Assembly (NCBI GenBank): GCA_951406725.2
Contig: OX597828.1
Span: forward strand, 42,780,001 to 42,844,000
Length of the DNA stretch: 64,000 nucleotides
Source: Octopus vulgaris
Lineage: Eukaryota
Reading direction: 5' to 3'
Part shown: piece after piece, positions 25,656-39,829 of the stretch
How positions within the stretch are numbered: position 1 is the first letter of the stretch
Layout: every line of letters starts with the position of its first letter
Notes under the pieces: generated by a model
The model's input: the letters and a program-made list of their open reading frames with translations, nothing else
What the model was told of the DNA's origin: nothing
Databases searched by the model: none
Made by a program: the position numbers and the translations under genes

Positions 25656-26689
25656 TATATAAAACCCTGATGGGAGCCTTAACTCACAAATTTTAGTAAT
25701 TTCTTTTTTGATCCAAAACTAGATCAAAAGTACTGAATGAAGCTTTATGAAATTTGGAAATTATATTTTATGCATAAGAGCCATAACCCCCATGACAATT
25801 CATATATCTTTGCTGTTGAGGAAATTTTAACCATAGCTATTAGACACAAATGAAGTAATATTTATAAAATTCCATCTTCATACAAGTTATAAAGACCCCA
25901 CCATGGGGACTTAACATCGACAATTTTGTCATTTTATCAAAGCAAAAACGAATACAGTTGTGCTCTTGGAAGCTGTAGGGTTACCCGAGCATAAAATTTG
26001 AGCATTATTTGTAATTCAATGGTACAACAGTGTAAGAGTTTGCTTTGGCATACACATACAATGTGATTCCTGCAATGTGGTGCATAAATTGTCAAGTAAA
26101 TGAGAGGCACCTTTGCCTCCACTGACTCAGTTGCAAAGTGTTGAGTAAAGTTATTTGATTGCAGACTTCCTTTCAGTCTTTTTATTATCACTCGGTCACA
26201 CATAGTCCCCAGATGGTAACATTGATTTCAAGGCCTTCCCAGATGAGTGACTGGTTATTCAAAGACGTTTATAGATTGCAAATTTATTCTGTCCAGTTAT
26301 GTATCAGTATAGTGATCATTTGCAAACTCCAACTTTCATTTCTCCTTAGCCCTCACGTCACACAGTTGTTAATGTTTATTTCAGTTGGGTCACGCCCTTC
26401 CAATTGCTATAGATTCGTAATGCATCTTACGGCTGTGCCTGTCACCTGGGTAGTGAGGAATCCTACATTGGGAGTGATAACGACTAGGGTAGGGTAACTG
26501 ACTGCTTATTGTGATCATTCGTCTTTTGGTTTCCTGTAGCTTTGCTCTCTTTTACAAACCCAGTGAACATATATTTCCTATTTCAAAGAAATTCAAACAA
26601 TATATATAAGACCCAAGTAAAAAAGATTCTCAACAATTCAATAGCCTGGTCGGTCACACTGATCACGGTGATATATATATATGTATGTA

Positions 26690-26832
26690 TATACGGCGGG
26701 CTTCTTTCAGTTTCCGTCTACCAAAATCCCCTCACAAGGCTTTGGTGGGCCCGAGGCTATAGTAGAAGACACACTTGCCTGGAACCATGCGGTTGTGAAG
26801 CAAGCTTCTTACCACACAGTCACTCCTGCGCC
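26690..26832 (-). mobile_element. SINE family A head
   Basis: gggcttctttcagtttccgtctacc...cactcctgcgcc. Confidence 0.8.
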
Positions 26833-27254
26833 TAATGCATTATACTTACATACATCTACGCGCTTGCGAACCCCAGTTCAGCCGGGTCACTGTTATTATC
26901 TCCCTTATATTCGACATCTTTCTTCCGGTCATTTCATCATGTTAAACCGTTAAACCGTTAAACCGTTAATCCCCTGCACATTTTTTCCTGTATCTCAGTT
27001 TTTTTCTTTCTCCCTCCATTTTCTCTCTCTCTTCTCTCTCTGTAGAAGAGCGTTGGTCCACAAGGTTAAAGACTTTTTTCCATCCTCCTCAAAGGCCAAA
27101 CTAATACACCTGCTTGTTGTTCCTTCACCTGTCTTCGTTTTCTGTAAATTTGAACTATATGTGTGTGTGTTTGTTTGTGTGCGTGCGTATATGTATGTAA
27201 TTCATGTGAAGAATCATACGTAATCTCTTTCACACATCTTTCTATTCCTTCAGC

Positions 27255-27321
<67 letters not shown>

Positions 27322-27419
27322 TGTCTTTCTAGATTAATCTATAAATCAACAATAATAAATCACTACCTCATCACTCATCACTCATGATTTACAGTACATT
27401 GATATTACTTACTCCTCAC

Positions 27420-28250
27420 GTCACAACCACCACCACCACGACCAACACCACCGCAACAACAACAACAACAACAACAACAACCAGCATCACAACCACTAGC
27501 AGCAGTAGCAGTACCACCAACACCACCACCATGACAACCAGCATCACAACCACTAGCAGCAGTACCACCACCACCACCACAACCACCACGACCATTGTAC
27601 AAATAGCACAACCTCCCCCCTGCGCACTGACACTATCACCACCACCACCACCACCACTACCATTGTAGAAATAGCACAACCTCACCCCCACGCACTGCCA
27701 CCATCATCACTACCACCACCATCACCACCACCACCATGTAACCAGCATCACAACCACTAGCAGCAGCGCCACCACCACCACCACCATTGTACAAATAGCA
27801 CAACCTCACCCCCGCGCACCGCCACCATCATCACCACTACCACCGTCACCACCACCACCAGCACCACCATCACCATCACCACCACCATGTAACCAGTATC
27901 ATAACCACTACCAGCAGCGCCACCATCACCACCACCACCACCACCACCACCACCACCACCATGTAACCAGCATCACAACCACTACCAGCAGCGCCACCAC
28001 CAGCACCACCAGCACCAGTACCACAACCACCACCACCACTACCATTGTACAAACAGCACAACCTCACCCCCGCGCATCACCACCACCGTGTAACCAGCAT
28101 TACAACCACTAGCAGCAGCACCAGCACCAGCACCAGCACCACCAGCACCAGCACCACCACCACCACTACGACCACCACGACAACGACGACGACCACCATC
28201 ACAACCACCACCACCACTACCACCACCACCACCACCACCACCACCACAAA
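27420..28250. repeat. Compound minisatellite interleaved with (ACC)n/(AGC)n
   Basis: accagcatcacaaccactagcagcag about 6 times and cattgtacaaatagcacaacctc about 4 times, separated by variable ACC runs. Confidence 0.85.
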
Positions 28251-28595
28251 ATTCTAATCCTACTTTTAATATGCAGATCAACTGATTACGGTTGTTGTTG
28301 TTTCCATGGCTTTTTGACTTTGATGATATATCGTCTTGTCGTTGTTGACATTTATCCATGTAGTAATAAAACGAGAAGTAGTAGCAGTAGTAGCAGCAGC
28401 AGTAGTAGTAGCAGCAGTAGTAGTAGCAGCAGTAGTAGTAGCAGCAGTAGTAGTAGCAGCAGTAGTTCTTGACGTTATTAATTTGTTGGTATTTTAATGA
28501 TTATTATACAGTTTTGTTGTTTGTTGCTTTCTATCCTTGTTTGTGTCTTTGCAATCATTACAACAACAACAACAAAAACCACTGAAGCTACTACA

Positions 28596-28663
<68 letters not shown>

Positions 28664-28710
28664 AACTACTACTACTATTACTACTACTACTACCACCACC
28701 ACCACCACTG

Positions 28711-28756
<46 letters not shown>

Positions 28757-29122
28757 ATTTGCCTAGATCAGAGGAAAGACACATGTCGGTTCGTATTTTT
28801 TTGTCTTTTGTAAAAAGAGAAGAATAAGAATTACATGCGGTTTCCCTAGTGACGGCTGTCCTTGCAACGTAAGATGGGTGCCCAATCGTTTCTTCATGAT
28901 ACGATTTAGGATTACGAATTTGGATTTGAATTTGAATTTGAATTTGAAGAACTGCGAGGATAAATAAACATGCAAAGAATTTTACAGATTTCATTTCTTT
29001 CGTTTGGTTATTATAATTCTCTTTCAGTTCCCCCGTTGGTGGTAATCTTTATTGTTGTTTGGGGAGAAGCAGCGTCGATTGTTCCACTAGAAAAATAAAC
29101 ATGAGTTTCAAAGAAAGATTAC

Positions 29123-30011
<889 letters not shown>

Positions 30012-30924
30012 GGCCCTGATGCAGTACCAAGCAATGGCTCTAGTGGCTTCTGATCTCAACTGATTGAAAGTGTTATCATCTACATTGTTTTGTCTTGGTA
30101 GAAAAGATGGGCTAACAGCAAATATTCTGCTCAATACCACAGATTTGCTTGTCAGTTGTTTGACCTTAACCAGTTGAGCATGTCCCTTAGTGGTCGACGA
30201 TATTTGCATCTCTGATCACGAGCAGAAGTAGTGGGGGTGCATCATAGCCATGTGTTGAGAGGGATTCTTTGGGGTTTGAATAATTTGGCGAATTTGGCGA
30301 ACAAGCCGACGCAGGTTATAGCGTGAACCTGTAGCGTAAACACTCAAATAACACCATTGTTTTTCCAAATTCTGCTGCATCTCACTTAGAAATTTTGGTC
30401 CTTTGCAATCGTTATGATATATGAGGCCAATTATCTTCCTTCGACTGTACATTTTATCCTGAAAAGTTTAACTTTTACGCTTGAAGAGGCGCAAATCAAT
30501 TATCTAATATCGTTTATAACAGTAGTAACGCTAGCTGAAATTTGCTAGTATCGCTAATCAGGAAGAAGCACTCAATATATACCTTTTAAATCTCAAAAGA
30601 GGCAGTGTTTTGTTGCCCGAAAAATTTATACAAGAAAGGGAAATGACGTAGGTCCGGTTTTCTCAGACTGAAGAGATTTCCAAATGCTTCTGAATGAGAA
30701 CTCGATACAAATGTTCACTGATATGTAGCACAATGTGTGCTCCATTGACCGGGACGAGGTTACTGGAAGCGTATTTTTGCTCATTAGGTAAAAAAATGAG
30801 ACGAAGACACAACTGGAACTGATGCGGCACTCACCGTCCTTCCCGTTAGTGTCAGAAATATATTAGCAATCGAAAAACAAGGATTACTGTCGGGAATAAT
30901 GGAAGTGGTGTTAATCATTGTCTT

Positions 30925-31089
30925 GTCTTCAGTTCTGAGTTCAAATTCCGCTGAGATCAATTTTACCTTTCATCCTTTCGGGGCAGATTAAATAAGTACC
31001 AGTTACATAGTGGGGTCGATGTAATCGACTTATTCTCTTCCCCAAAATTTCGAGCCTTGTGCCTACAATAGAAAGGACTATTATTATTA
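30925..31089 (+). mobile_element. SINE family B copy with (TTA) tail
   Basis: gttctgagttcaaattccgctgag...cctttcatcctttcgggg...ggggtcgatgtaatcgact. Confidence 0.8.
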
Positions 31090-31581
31090 GGGCAAGGCAA
31101 TTTTCCTTTGTCTACTGGCTGTAGCGAAAGAGGTGGCTAAATTCAGACACTTTCCTCTTTGGCCAAGGACTCATCAAGTTTTTCAAGTTCCACTTGAAAA
31201 GGAAGGTGAGAGCAGAGAAAGAAGTGCTGTCTCATAGCAAATTTATTGAACGGTGGGTGAATGTCGGTAAAAATGGCCAGTGTGAACGGACCCATTCTGA
31301 GGTTACACATGTAAAAGAAAAAAGGTAATATAAAAAGAGAAGGGGCTCTCTACCCCCTTTTGACCAGGCTCCCATGGCTTTAATGGGTTTTTCCATGAGT
31401 AACCTTTCAAAGCGCCTCCCCCTATTGGGAGTTTTATCTGTTATATTTTTCGCTGTTACTTGAATGTTTACACGGACCTTTCTTTTTAGCAAAATCCTTT
31501 GCACTTTTTGTCCTGAGTTTGTCCTTACATGATTTTTGATTTATGTTAGACCTTCTGGCCAATAAAACCAGAATTAAAAAA
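31090..31581 (+). mobile_element. Sister Tx1/L1-clade LINE 3' fragment with (ATT)n tail
   Basis: Translates AIFLCLLAVAKEV...DTFLFGQGLIKFFKFHLKRKVRAEKEVLSHSKFIERWVNV, alignable to the 6293-7054 C-terminus; ends tggccaataaa then (ATT)n. Confidence 0.82.
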
Positions 31582-31592
31582 ATTATTATTAC

Positions 31593-31676
<84 letters not shown>

Positions 31677-31985
31677 CAGTATGAACGGACCAATTCTGAG
31701 GATACACCTGTGAGAATTAAAAGGAAATATAAAAGGAGAAAGGGGCTCTCTACCCCCCTTTTGACCAGGCTCCCGTGGCTTTTATGGGTTTTTCCACGAG
31801 TAACGTTTCGAAGCGCCTCCCCCCTATTGAGAGTTTTAATTGTCACTTATTTTTCGTTGTCATCCTGCTTTTGTACACGGACCTTTTTCAAACGGACAAA
31901 ACCCTTTTGTAACTTTCGTCCTGTGCTTTGTCCCTTTATGTTTTAATTGATTTTTGTTAGCCCTTGTGGCCAATAAACGAAAGAA
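31677..31985 (+). mobile_element. Second, shorter copy of the sister LINE
   Basis: Homologous to about 31278-31575; starts directly after (ATT)n; followed by an ATT/ATC-derived tract. Confidence 0.82.
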
Positions 31986-32191
31986 TTATCATCATCATCA
32001 TCATCATCATCACCACCATCATCATAATCATCATCATCATCATCACCACAATCATCATCATCATCATCACCACCACCACCATCATCATCATCACCACCAC
32101 CACCACCACCACCACCACCACCACCACCACCACCACCACCACCACCACCACCACCACCACCACCACCACCACCACCACCACCACCACCACC

Positions 32192-32225
<34 letters not shown>

Positions 32226-32791
32226 TTATTATTATTATTATTGTTATTATTATTTATTAATATTGGTATTGTTGTGGTTGTGGTGGTGGTGATCATTGAT
32301 GACGATGATGATGATTGTAATTTCCATTGATAAAGCTTATGGAAATGATGTTGACAATGATGAAAAAAAATATTATTGATGATACTGATGCTGGTGAAGT
32401 AGACGGTGTCGTTGCTGATACCGTTGCGGTCCCTATCGCCCCTTCTCAGGATGAAGAGAAAATAGTGGAGTGATGATATTAGCGATGTTCACGAAGACTG
32501 ATGATCAATATGATGATTATGAGGATGATGATGAAAGTGATGTTGATGACATCATACATACATACATACATACATGCACACACGCACACGCATATATGTA
32601 TATACATATATATGTATACAAACATGATACACAATATGTTATAATATATATATATATATATTATATATATTATATATATATATAAATATATGTATGTATA
32701 TACATATATATATATATAATATATATATATAAATATATACATATATATATGAATACATATATATATGTATACATATATCTATATATACATA

Positions 32792-32826
<35 letters not shown>

Positions 32827-32887
32827 GAATACATATATATATATATATGAATACATACATATATATATATATGTATATTATACCTAT

Positions 32888-32958
<71 letters not shown>

Positions 32959-33465
32959 ATATATATATATATAAATATATACCGAATATATAAGCGCACA
33001 TACACATACACACAACACACACACACACAAATATGTACGTATATATTTCATGTTTCTCTGTCATCGTAGCTGTCCTGATACAGTCATTAATTATTGTGTT
33101 TTGATGCTTCCCCCACCGCCCACCTATACACTCCTCGTGGATGGTCGTCTGCTGTCTCTTCTGTTGTCGACACATTGTGATGTGATGGCCAACTTAAAAG
33201 CGAAACTGTCAGCTGCATTTCCTAGTTTATTAACCACACACACACACACAAACACAGAATTACATACCCATATACATACATATATATACATACATACGTG
33301 TATATATATATATATATGTATATACATATGTATATATATATATGGATTTGTATATATATATATATATATATATATACACAAATATATATATATATGTCTG
33401 TGTGTACATATATATCTATATGAATATATGTATAGATATATTCATATACATATGTATGTATACAT

Positions 33466-33502
<37 letters not shown>

Positions 33503-33504
33503 CA

Positions 33505-33544
<40 letters not shown>

Positions 33545-33642
33545 TATACACACACATATATAAATAATATATAAATAAATAAAGTATATATATATATTTA
33601 TATATACATATAAATAAAGAAGTATATATATATATATTATTA

Positions 33643-33700
<58 letters not shown>

Positions 33701-34734
33701 TTTACTTACACACACACACCACGAGCACAGAGGCACCCATATACACATAAAAATATTTAGATTTGTAAGCTTGCAGAATGTTTGGTGGGTTTATCTATTT
33801 CCTCATACATAAGTTTCCGTACATATTTATCTCTCTGCGTATCTATCTGACCATCCATCTATTTATTTGTATATTTGTACAGACACATACACCCATACCT
33901 CACCAGATATATATAGCTAATTAGTCACATAAACATATATATATATATATATGTGTGTCTTTGTGTGTGTGTTCGTATGTGTGTGTGTTTATATACTGAC
34001 ACATATGTATATCTGAACCATTCTACATATACGTTCTCCACCGTCGCCATTTTATGACTGATCATTAGTGAGACTGTATATCAAGTGTCTGGCGATATTA
34101 GCGGTGGTAAAATGGCGAATCGTGCGTTTGTTTTGCTTGGCGCTTTTTGTTTTTCTTCTTTTCGCCAGACATCTTTGTTTTCGGTTCCAGTTTTATTCTT
34201 TCTTTTCTATCTTATCAATCCTCAATCTAAATTAGCAACGGACTAGATGTTACTGTGTCTTAATTGAATGAAGCAACTGATGTCTTTGATTTTCCCCGTG
34301 TGTGTGTGTGTGTGTGAGAGAGAGTTTGTGTGTGTGTTTGTGTGAGAGTTTGTGTGTGTGTGTCTGTGTCTGTGTGTACATATATATGTATATGAATATA
34401 TGTATGTATAAACACAAACACAGACACACACACATATATAAATAAAAAAAGTATATATATATATATATATATAAATATAAATAAAGAAGTATATATATAT
34501 ATACACAAATATGTAAAAAGTATATATATATATCATATATACATACACATATAATAGCCATACATATCCACTCACACACACATATATACATACACACATA
34601 TACATACGTACACAGATATATGAAGAAATATATATGCGTTTGTATGTGTGTGTGTATATATATATTTATATATACACACACATCATCATCATCATCATCA
34701 TTATCATCATCATCATAATCATCATCATCATTAA

Positions 34735-34910
34735 AGGTAGTGAGCTGGTCGAATCGTTAGCTCCTCGGGCAAAATACTTCGTCCATCTGTTCGTTATGAT
34801 ATCAAATTCCGCCGAGGTCGACTTCGCCTTTTCTTCCCTTGGGGATCGATAAAATAAGTTCAAGAGAAACACGGGAGACAATACAATCGATTAAACTCCT
34901 CCCCACAAAT
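34735..34910 (+). mobile_element. SINE family B copy
   Basis: ggtagtgagctggtcgaatcgttagc head; caaattccgccgaggtcgacttcgcc. Confidence 0.78.
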
Positions 34911-34914
34911 CTGG

Positions 34915-35280
34915 ATAAGTGGAATCTTTCGAACAGCGTAGTCACGTCCTGTTCAAGTGTTGCTATAAATCACGGTGCTTTAGTTTGTTGCCAGCTTCTG
35001 TAGGATCCCCACACATCGTTCTCACCTTTACTCCAGGGAGTGGGTCATAGTTCTTTCAGTTTCTCCCAGTAGTTCTTGTGTTTCATTGATGCAATGTTCT
35101 TGGTGTAACTCCGCTGAACTACCAAGAATTCTGCTGTTAAATCGACACAGTAGAGTGACAATAGTTGAGAGTAATATTCCAGACGGTTAGGGACAAATGT
35201 GCTCCATATGATCTTGGTCCCTTGCTCATCCAATCATTCTTCTGCACATTGCCCGTCACCTTGGTCTCTCTTGGAAGCAC
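34915..35280 (-). mobile_element. CR1-group LINE remnant
   Basis: WSTFVPNRLEYYSQL...VQRSYTKNIASMKHKNYWEKLKEL resembles the post-RT region of CR1/L2-group ORF2. Confidence 0.7.
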
Positions 35281-35288
35281 TTCCTTTA

Positions 35289-35666
35289 GCACTCCGTCGG
35301 TTACGACGATGAGGGTTCCGGTTGATCCGAATCAACGGAACAGCCTGCTCGTAAAATTAACGTGTAAGTGCCTGAGCACTCCACAGACACGTGTACCCTT
35401 AACGTAGTTCTCGGGGATATTCAGCGTAACACAGAGAGTGACAAGGCCGGTCCTTTGAAATACAGGTACAACAGAAACAGAAAGTAAAAGTGAGAGAAAG
35501 TTGTGGTGAAGGAGTACAGCAGGGATCACCACCATCCCCTGCCAGAGCCTCGTGGAGCTTTAGGTGTTTTCGCTCAATAAACACTCACAACGCCCGGTCT
35601 GGGAATCGAAACCGCGATCCTATGACCGCGAGTCCGCTGCCCTAACCACTGGGCCATTGCGCCACC
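35289..35666 (-). mobile_element. tRNA-derived SINE family C, tail type 2, full length
   Basis: Reverse complement of 52203-52566 with high identity. Confidence 0.92.
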
Positions 35667-35975
35667 TTGGTAATATGCATATGAAACGATGCATCGTTAC
35701 ACACACCAATCTCTAAGCTATACACATTATATAGTCCAATGTAGTTTTGTTGCGGCGTTGTAGCACAAGATGGCTGGTAGCCGAGAGCCAGGAAGTTTTA
35801 CCATATTAAATTGCATGTATTTTCTTCAATTCAAATAACTTATTCTGAACAGCAGGATTTTAAATTTCTTCTTTTGCCATATCATCTTCCGTTACTGTGT
35901 CTGCTTAGTTTTGATATAAACACGATCTTGCTTTTCTTGGATTTTTTTTCTGCGATAGCACTTTTCTTTCTCCTC

Positions 35976-36008
35976 TTTCTGACGAAGATCCATACCCGAA
36001 ACGTTATA
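35976..36008 (+). ncRNA. Degenerate minimal hammerhead motif
   Basis: CTGACGA...GAAACGTT core intact but stems I and II are eroded. Confidence 0.4.
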
Positions 36009-36157
36009 CGCCAGCACTATTTCCCATCTTATACTGAGCCTCAAGATAATATAAGTCCATGTATACGTCATTTTGACTTTTGTTGTTTTGTTATTTTTAA
36101 TTTTGGATTTCCTCACACACACACATTCTATGTGTATATATATATATATATATATAT

Positions 36158-36860
36158 AAATGCAAAATGGGACAAGAACGCAAAACATCTAGACAGGTGA
36201 TAGAAAAAGGAGCAACAAAACTTCCAGATAAACGATACAGAGAAAACAAGAACGGTTGATTCCGAGTTTTTTTCATCAGTCGAGTTCCAGATTATCTTCG
36301 CAATTTCGGCTGGTTATACTCGAGATTGCTTCAATCTGGCCAGCCCCAAGGAAAAACTAAGCGAAGATTCCTTAGAAGAAAGCAGCAAATATATAAAAAC
36401 AAGGACTGAAGAAAATCGGAGAATGTTACACAAATACAAATAACAGGACATAAAAACAGGTGTCTTTCGACTAAGGAGGAATTAAATTAAGCTGGCGTGT
36501 GTGAAAATAAAGCCTTGCGGCAGGGATACAGGAGTTCAAGACACAGGGAGGAATATAGATGTTGTATGGACGAATGCCGAACCAAGAAAGAAAGATCAGG
36601 CTTGGCTGAACATCGGCCACGTGGGGAGAGAAGAGAGAGATGTAGAGGCAGAGGGACAGAAGAATTAAGGAGGGTCGAGAAAAAAATGACAGGGACACAG
36701 TGAAGTGAAAAGAGGAGGGAAAGTGAGCAGAAGAGAAGCCAGGGAAATGTGAGAGAGGGTGAATGAAAGAACGAAGAGTGGAATTACAGACGAGAAACTA
36801 AATCTTGAACGCAATATAGCCGTACAAACAGCAGAAAGATGGGGTACTTTACCCCTATAT
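36158..36860 (-). mobile_element. Family-2 non-coding repeat carrying the permuted hammerhead; 3' end abuts (TA)n
   Basis: Homology to 19345-19710, about 19120-19190 and about 58910-59100; no coding capacity; 5' boundary approximate. Confidence 0.7.
36265..36358 (-). ncRNA. Putative non-circularly permuted hammerhead ribozyme, family 2, intact copy
   Basis: Minus strand ggctgg-ccagatt-gaa-gcaat-C-tcgagt-ataa-ccagcc-GAA-attgc-gaagat-aatctgg-a-actcga-CTGATGA; four perfect helices and a complete catalytic core. Confidence 0.8.
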
Positions 36861-37009
36861 AGATAGATAGGTAGATAGATAGATACATATATACATAAAC
36901 ATGCATACATACATACATACATACATACATACATACATACATACATACATACATACATACATACATACATACATGCATACATACGTACATACATATATAT
37001 TTGCCGCAT

Positions 37010-37066
37010 TTATCACTGATGAAGAGAAGGTTCTTATGAACTCTGAAATCGGGTCCGATATGGTAA
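37010..37066 (+). ncRNA. Type I hammerhead ribozyme
   Basis: ttatca-CTGATGA-[aga..gttc ttat gaac tct]-GAA-atcgg gt ccgat-A-tggtaa; stems I, II and III all pair; AUA triplet. Confidence 0.72.
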
Positions 37067-37206
37067 TAACGGAATTTTAAAGAAATTTCTGTCGGTTTTC
37101 TTCGAGACACGTGCTTATAGTGATTAATTATATGGTTATGTACGTTGTGTCTAGTTTCGGCATATTTGGCATTAGAGATTTTTTTTCTTTTGCCCTTGTT
37201 TATAAG

Positions 37207-37276
<70 letters not shown>

Positions 37277-37280
<4 letters not shown>

Positions 37281-37452
37281 TAATTAGAGATAAAACCACT
37301 ATTTTGCAAAACAAACAAGGAAAGACTTAATCAATACATAAAATTTTAATAAAAAGTAAAAAAAAGTAAGAAAAAGTAAAAAAAAAATTATGTATTGATT
37401 AAGTCTTTCCTTGTTTGTTTTGCAAAATAGTGGTTTTGTCTCTAATTAATAT
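37277..37452. repeat. About 65-bp inverted repeat with A-rich spacer, embedded in (TA)n
   Basis: Arms 37277-37341 and 37388-37452 are near-perfect reverse complements. Confidence 0.9.
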
Positions 37453-37533
37453 TATATAATATTTTACTATAAAATTGGATTTAATCCTAAATCTGATTTT
37501 TTCCCTGTAAATTTGGATTTATTCCCTAATATT

Positions 37534-37632
<99 letters not shown>

Positions 37633-38367
37633 ACTTACTCTACCTACTTACACACATACACATATATATATGCCGCTTACTCTACCTACGTACACACGCA
37701 TACATATATAGTAACATACATATAGTTACACATATACATACAGTCTCGTACATATAGATGCATGTATATACGTATGTACGCACACACACTCACAGCATCT
37801 ATCGAACAGTAGCACCGTTAACAACTTCGGATGTTCGGTGCAGGAAGCTAATTCTTTCTCAATGCCAACAAGGCTGAAAGCTAGAACCATTGCTGATTCT
37901 ACCATCTACTTAAGCAGTCTTTTATGTCAATTCACTCTGTTGCATTCCTTTAACAATAAATCTTTTCATCTTTTTATCCTGATTTCTCGGTTTTCGCCAA
38001 TTGCAATCGATAGAACTCTGCTACCGTCCAACAAGACTTAATTCTTTCACGTTTACATCTACCAAAGACCCGAACAGACGTGTAACTCTTGTGTAACTCT
38101 CCTGTCATCTGTACATGTGTGTTTGCCTGTTTGAATGTGTGTGCGTACGTGTGTGTGTGTATGTGTGTGTGTGTGTTTGCCTGTTTGAATGTGTGTGTGT
38201 GTGTGTGAGTGTGTGTGTGTATTTTTTATTTTAGTGAATGATAGATTAGGGAAATGGGATGTGACATACATGCCAATGTAAAAAGGAATACACATGCAAT
38301 CATATACACACATGCACGAAACATGTAAAACCTGGAGTGTATGTATACATATGTATGTATGTATGTA

Positions 38368-38403
<36 letters not shown>

Positions 38404-38486
38404 GCACAAGTAAATATATACAAATACTAAACTACACACTCAAATACACACACGTACACACACACACACATACACACATATATACC

Positions 38487-38880
38487 CTTTTACTCTTTGC
38501 TCTTTTACTCTTTTACTTGTCATTTTACAGGCATTTAGACTGTGGCCATGCTGGAGCACCGCCTATTAGTCGAGCAAAATCGACCCCAGGACTTATTCTA
38601 TCGAGTTCGTTTGCCGAATAGCTAAGTTACGGGAACGTAAATACACCAGCAATGTCAAGCGATGGTGGACGGACAAACTCACACAGACACACACACACAC
38701 ACACTTAGAGAAATGCACACACACACACACGCTTACACAAATGCACACACACACACGCACGCACACACACACACATACATACATATATATATACGACGGG
38801 CTTCTTTCAGTTTCCCTCAACCAAATCCATTCACAAGGACATTGGTCTCGGCCGGAGGCTATAGTAGGAGACACTTGCTC
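38487..38880 (-). mobile_element. SINE family A, 5'-truncated
   Basis: Tail ttttactc repeats, conserved body, internal (CA)n. Confidence 0.82.
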
Positions 38881-38923
38881 AATCTATCTAGCTATTAGTT
38901 TGTCTGTCTGTCTGTCCGCCTGC

Positions 38924-39003
<80 letters not shown>

Positions 39004-39005
39004 AC

Positions 39006-39104
<99 letters not shown>

Positions 39105-39829
39105 ACTAACTAACTATCTATCAATCAAAATAAGCAACAGGGATATCTAGAGGTAATGCAGTACCATCGTTTCACGCAACTCCATTTAATTGAACAATAC
39201 ATGAAGTGGAAGGAAAATCGAGGTGATGAGACGGCGAAGATGGTGGGGCACACAGAAAAGAAGTTTAAGAAACTTTGATCGTGAACTAAATTGACGTATA
39301 TCTGGAAAAAAGAATCCATGGGTGGAATGATTTTAATCATAGGTATGCTTAATTCGAGTTGTCCTGGAACAAAAAATCAACAATAACACATACGATATTC
39401 TTTTTTTTGTTTTGTTGGAACAGTAAAGCTCGAATTACATAAAGCTTATAAATAATATGTTGTAAATATTGGGTTAAAAAGCTCTTTGGAAAGAAAAAGT
39501 AGAAGATATATAATTTGCTAGAAATAGCAAGCAAGTGTCCCTCAAATCACACCCTACACTTAGCGGTTAGGGTGGTGGACTCATGATCATAAGATTGCGG
39601 TTTCTATTCTTCGACTGGGTGACACGATGCTCCAGGCCAGTCAGTTAGTGAACGTGAGTAAACTTACTATAGACCAGCGTCCCATCCAGGAAGTAATATA
39701 AACTGGGGAACTGGCTTAAAGCTCCTTCCGGACTAATAAGGGGCAACCTAAATTAACGTAAGTTACTTTTTGTCCTAGACGTGATGGCTACGACTGGAAT
39801 GTCTATAATAATGTGCATCTATAATTACT

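Noticed and set aside
27384-28257. Mucin-like Thr-rich ORFs
   Set aside because: Frames are broken by stops and unit boundaries; explained by the ACC-based minisatellite
39125-39340. Possible Tc1 transposase remnant
   Set aside because: Similarity needs several assumed frameshifts; not supportable by eye
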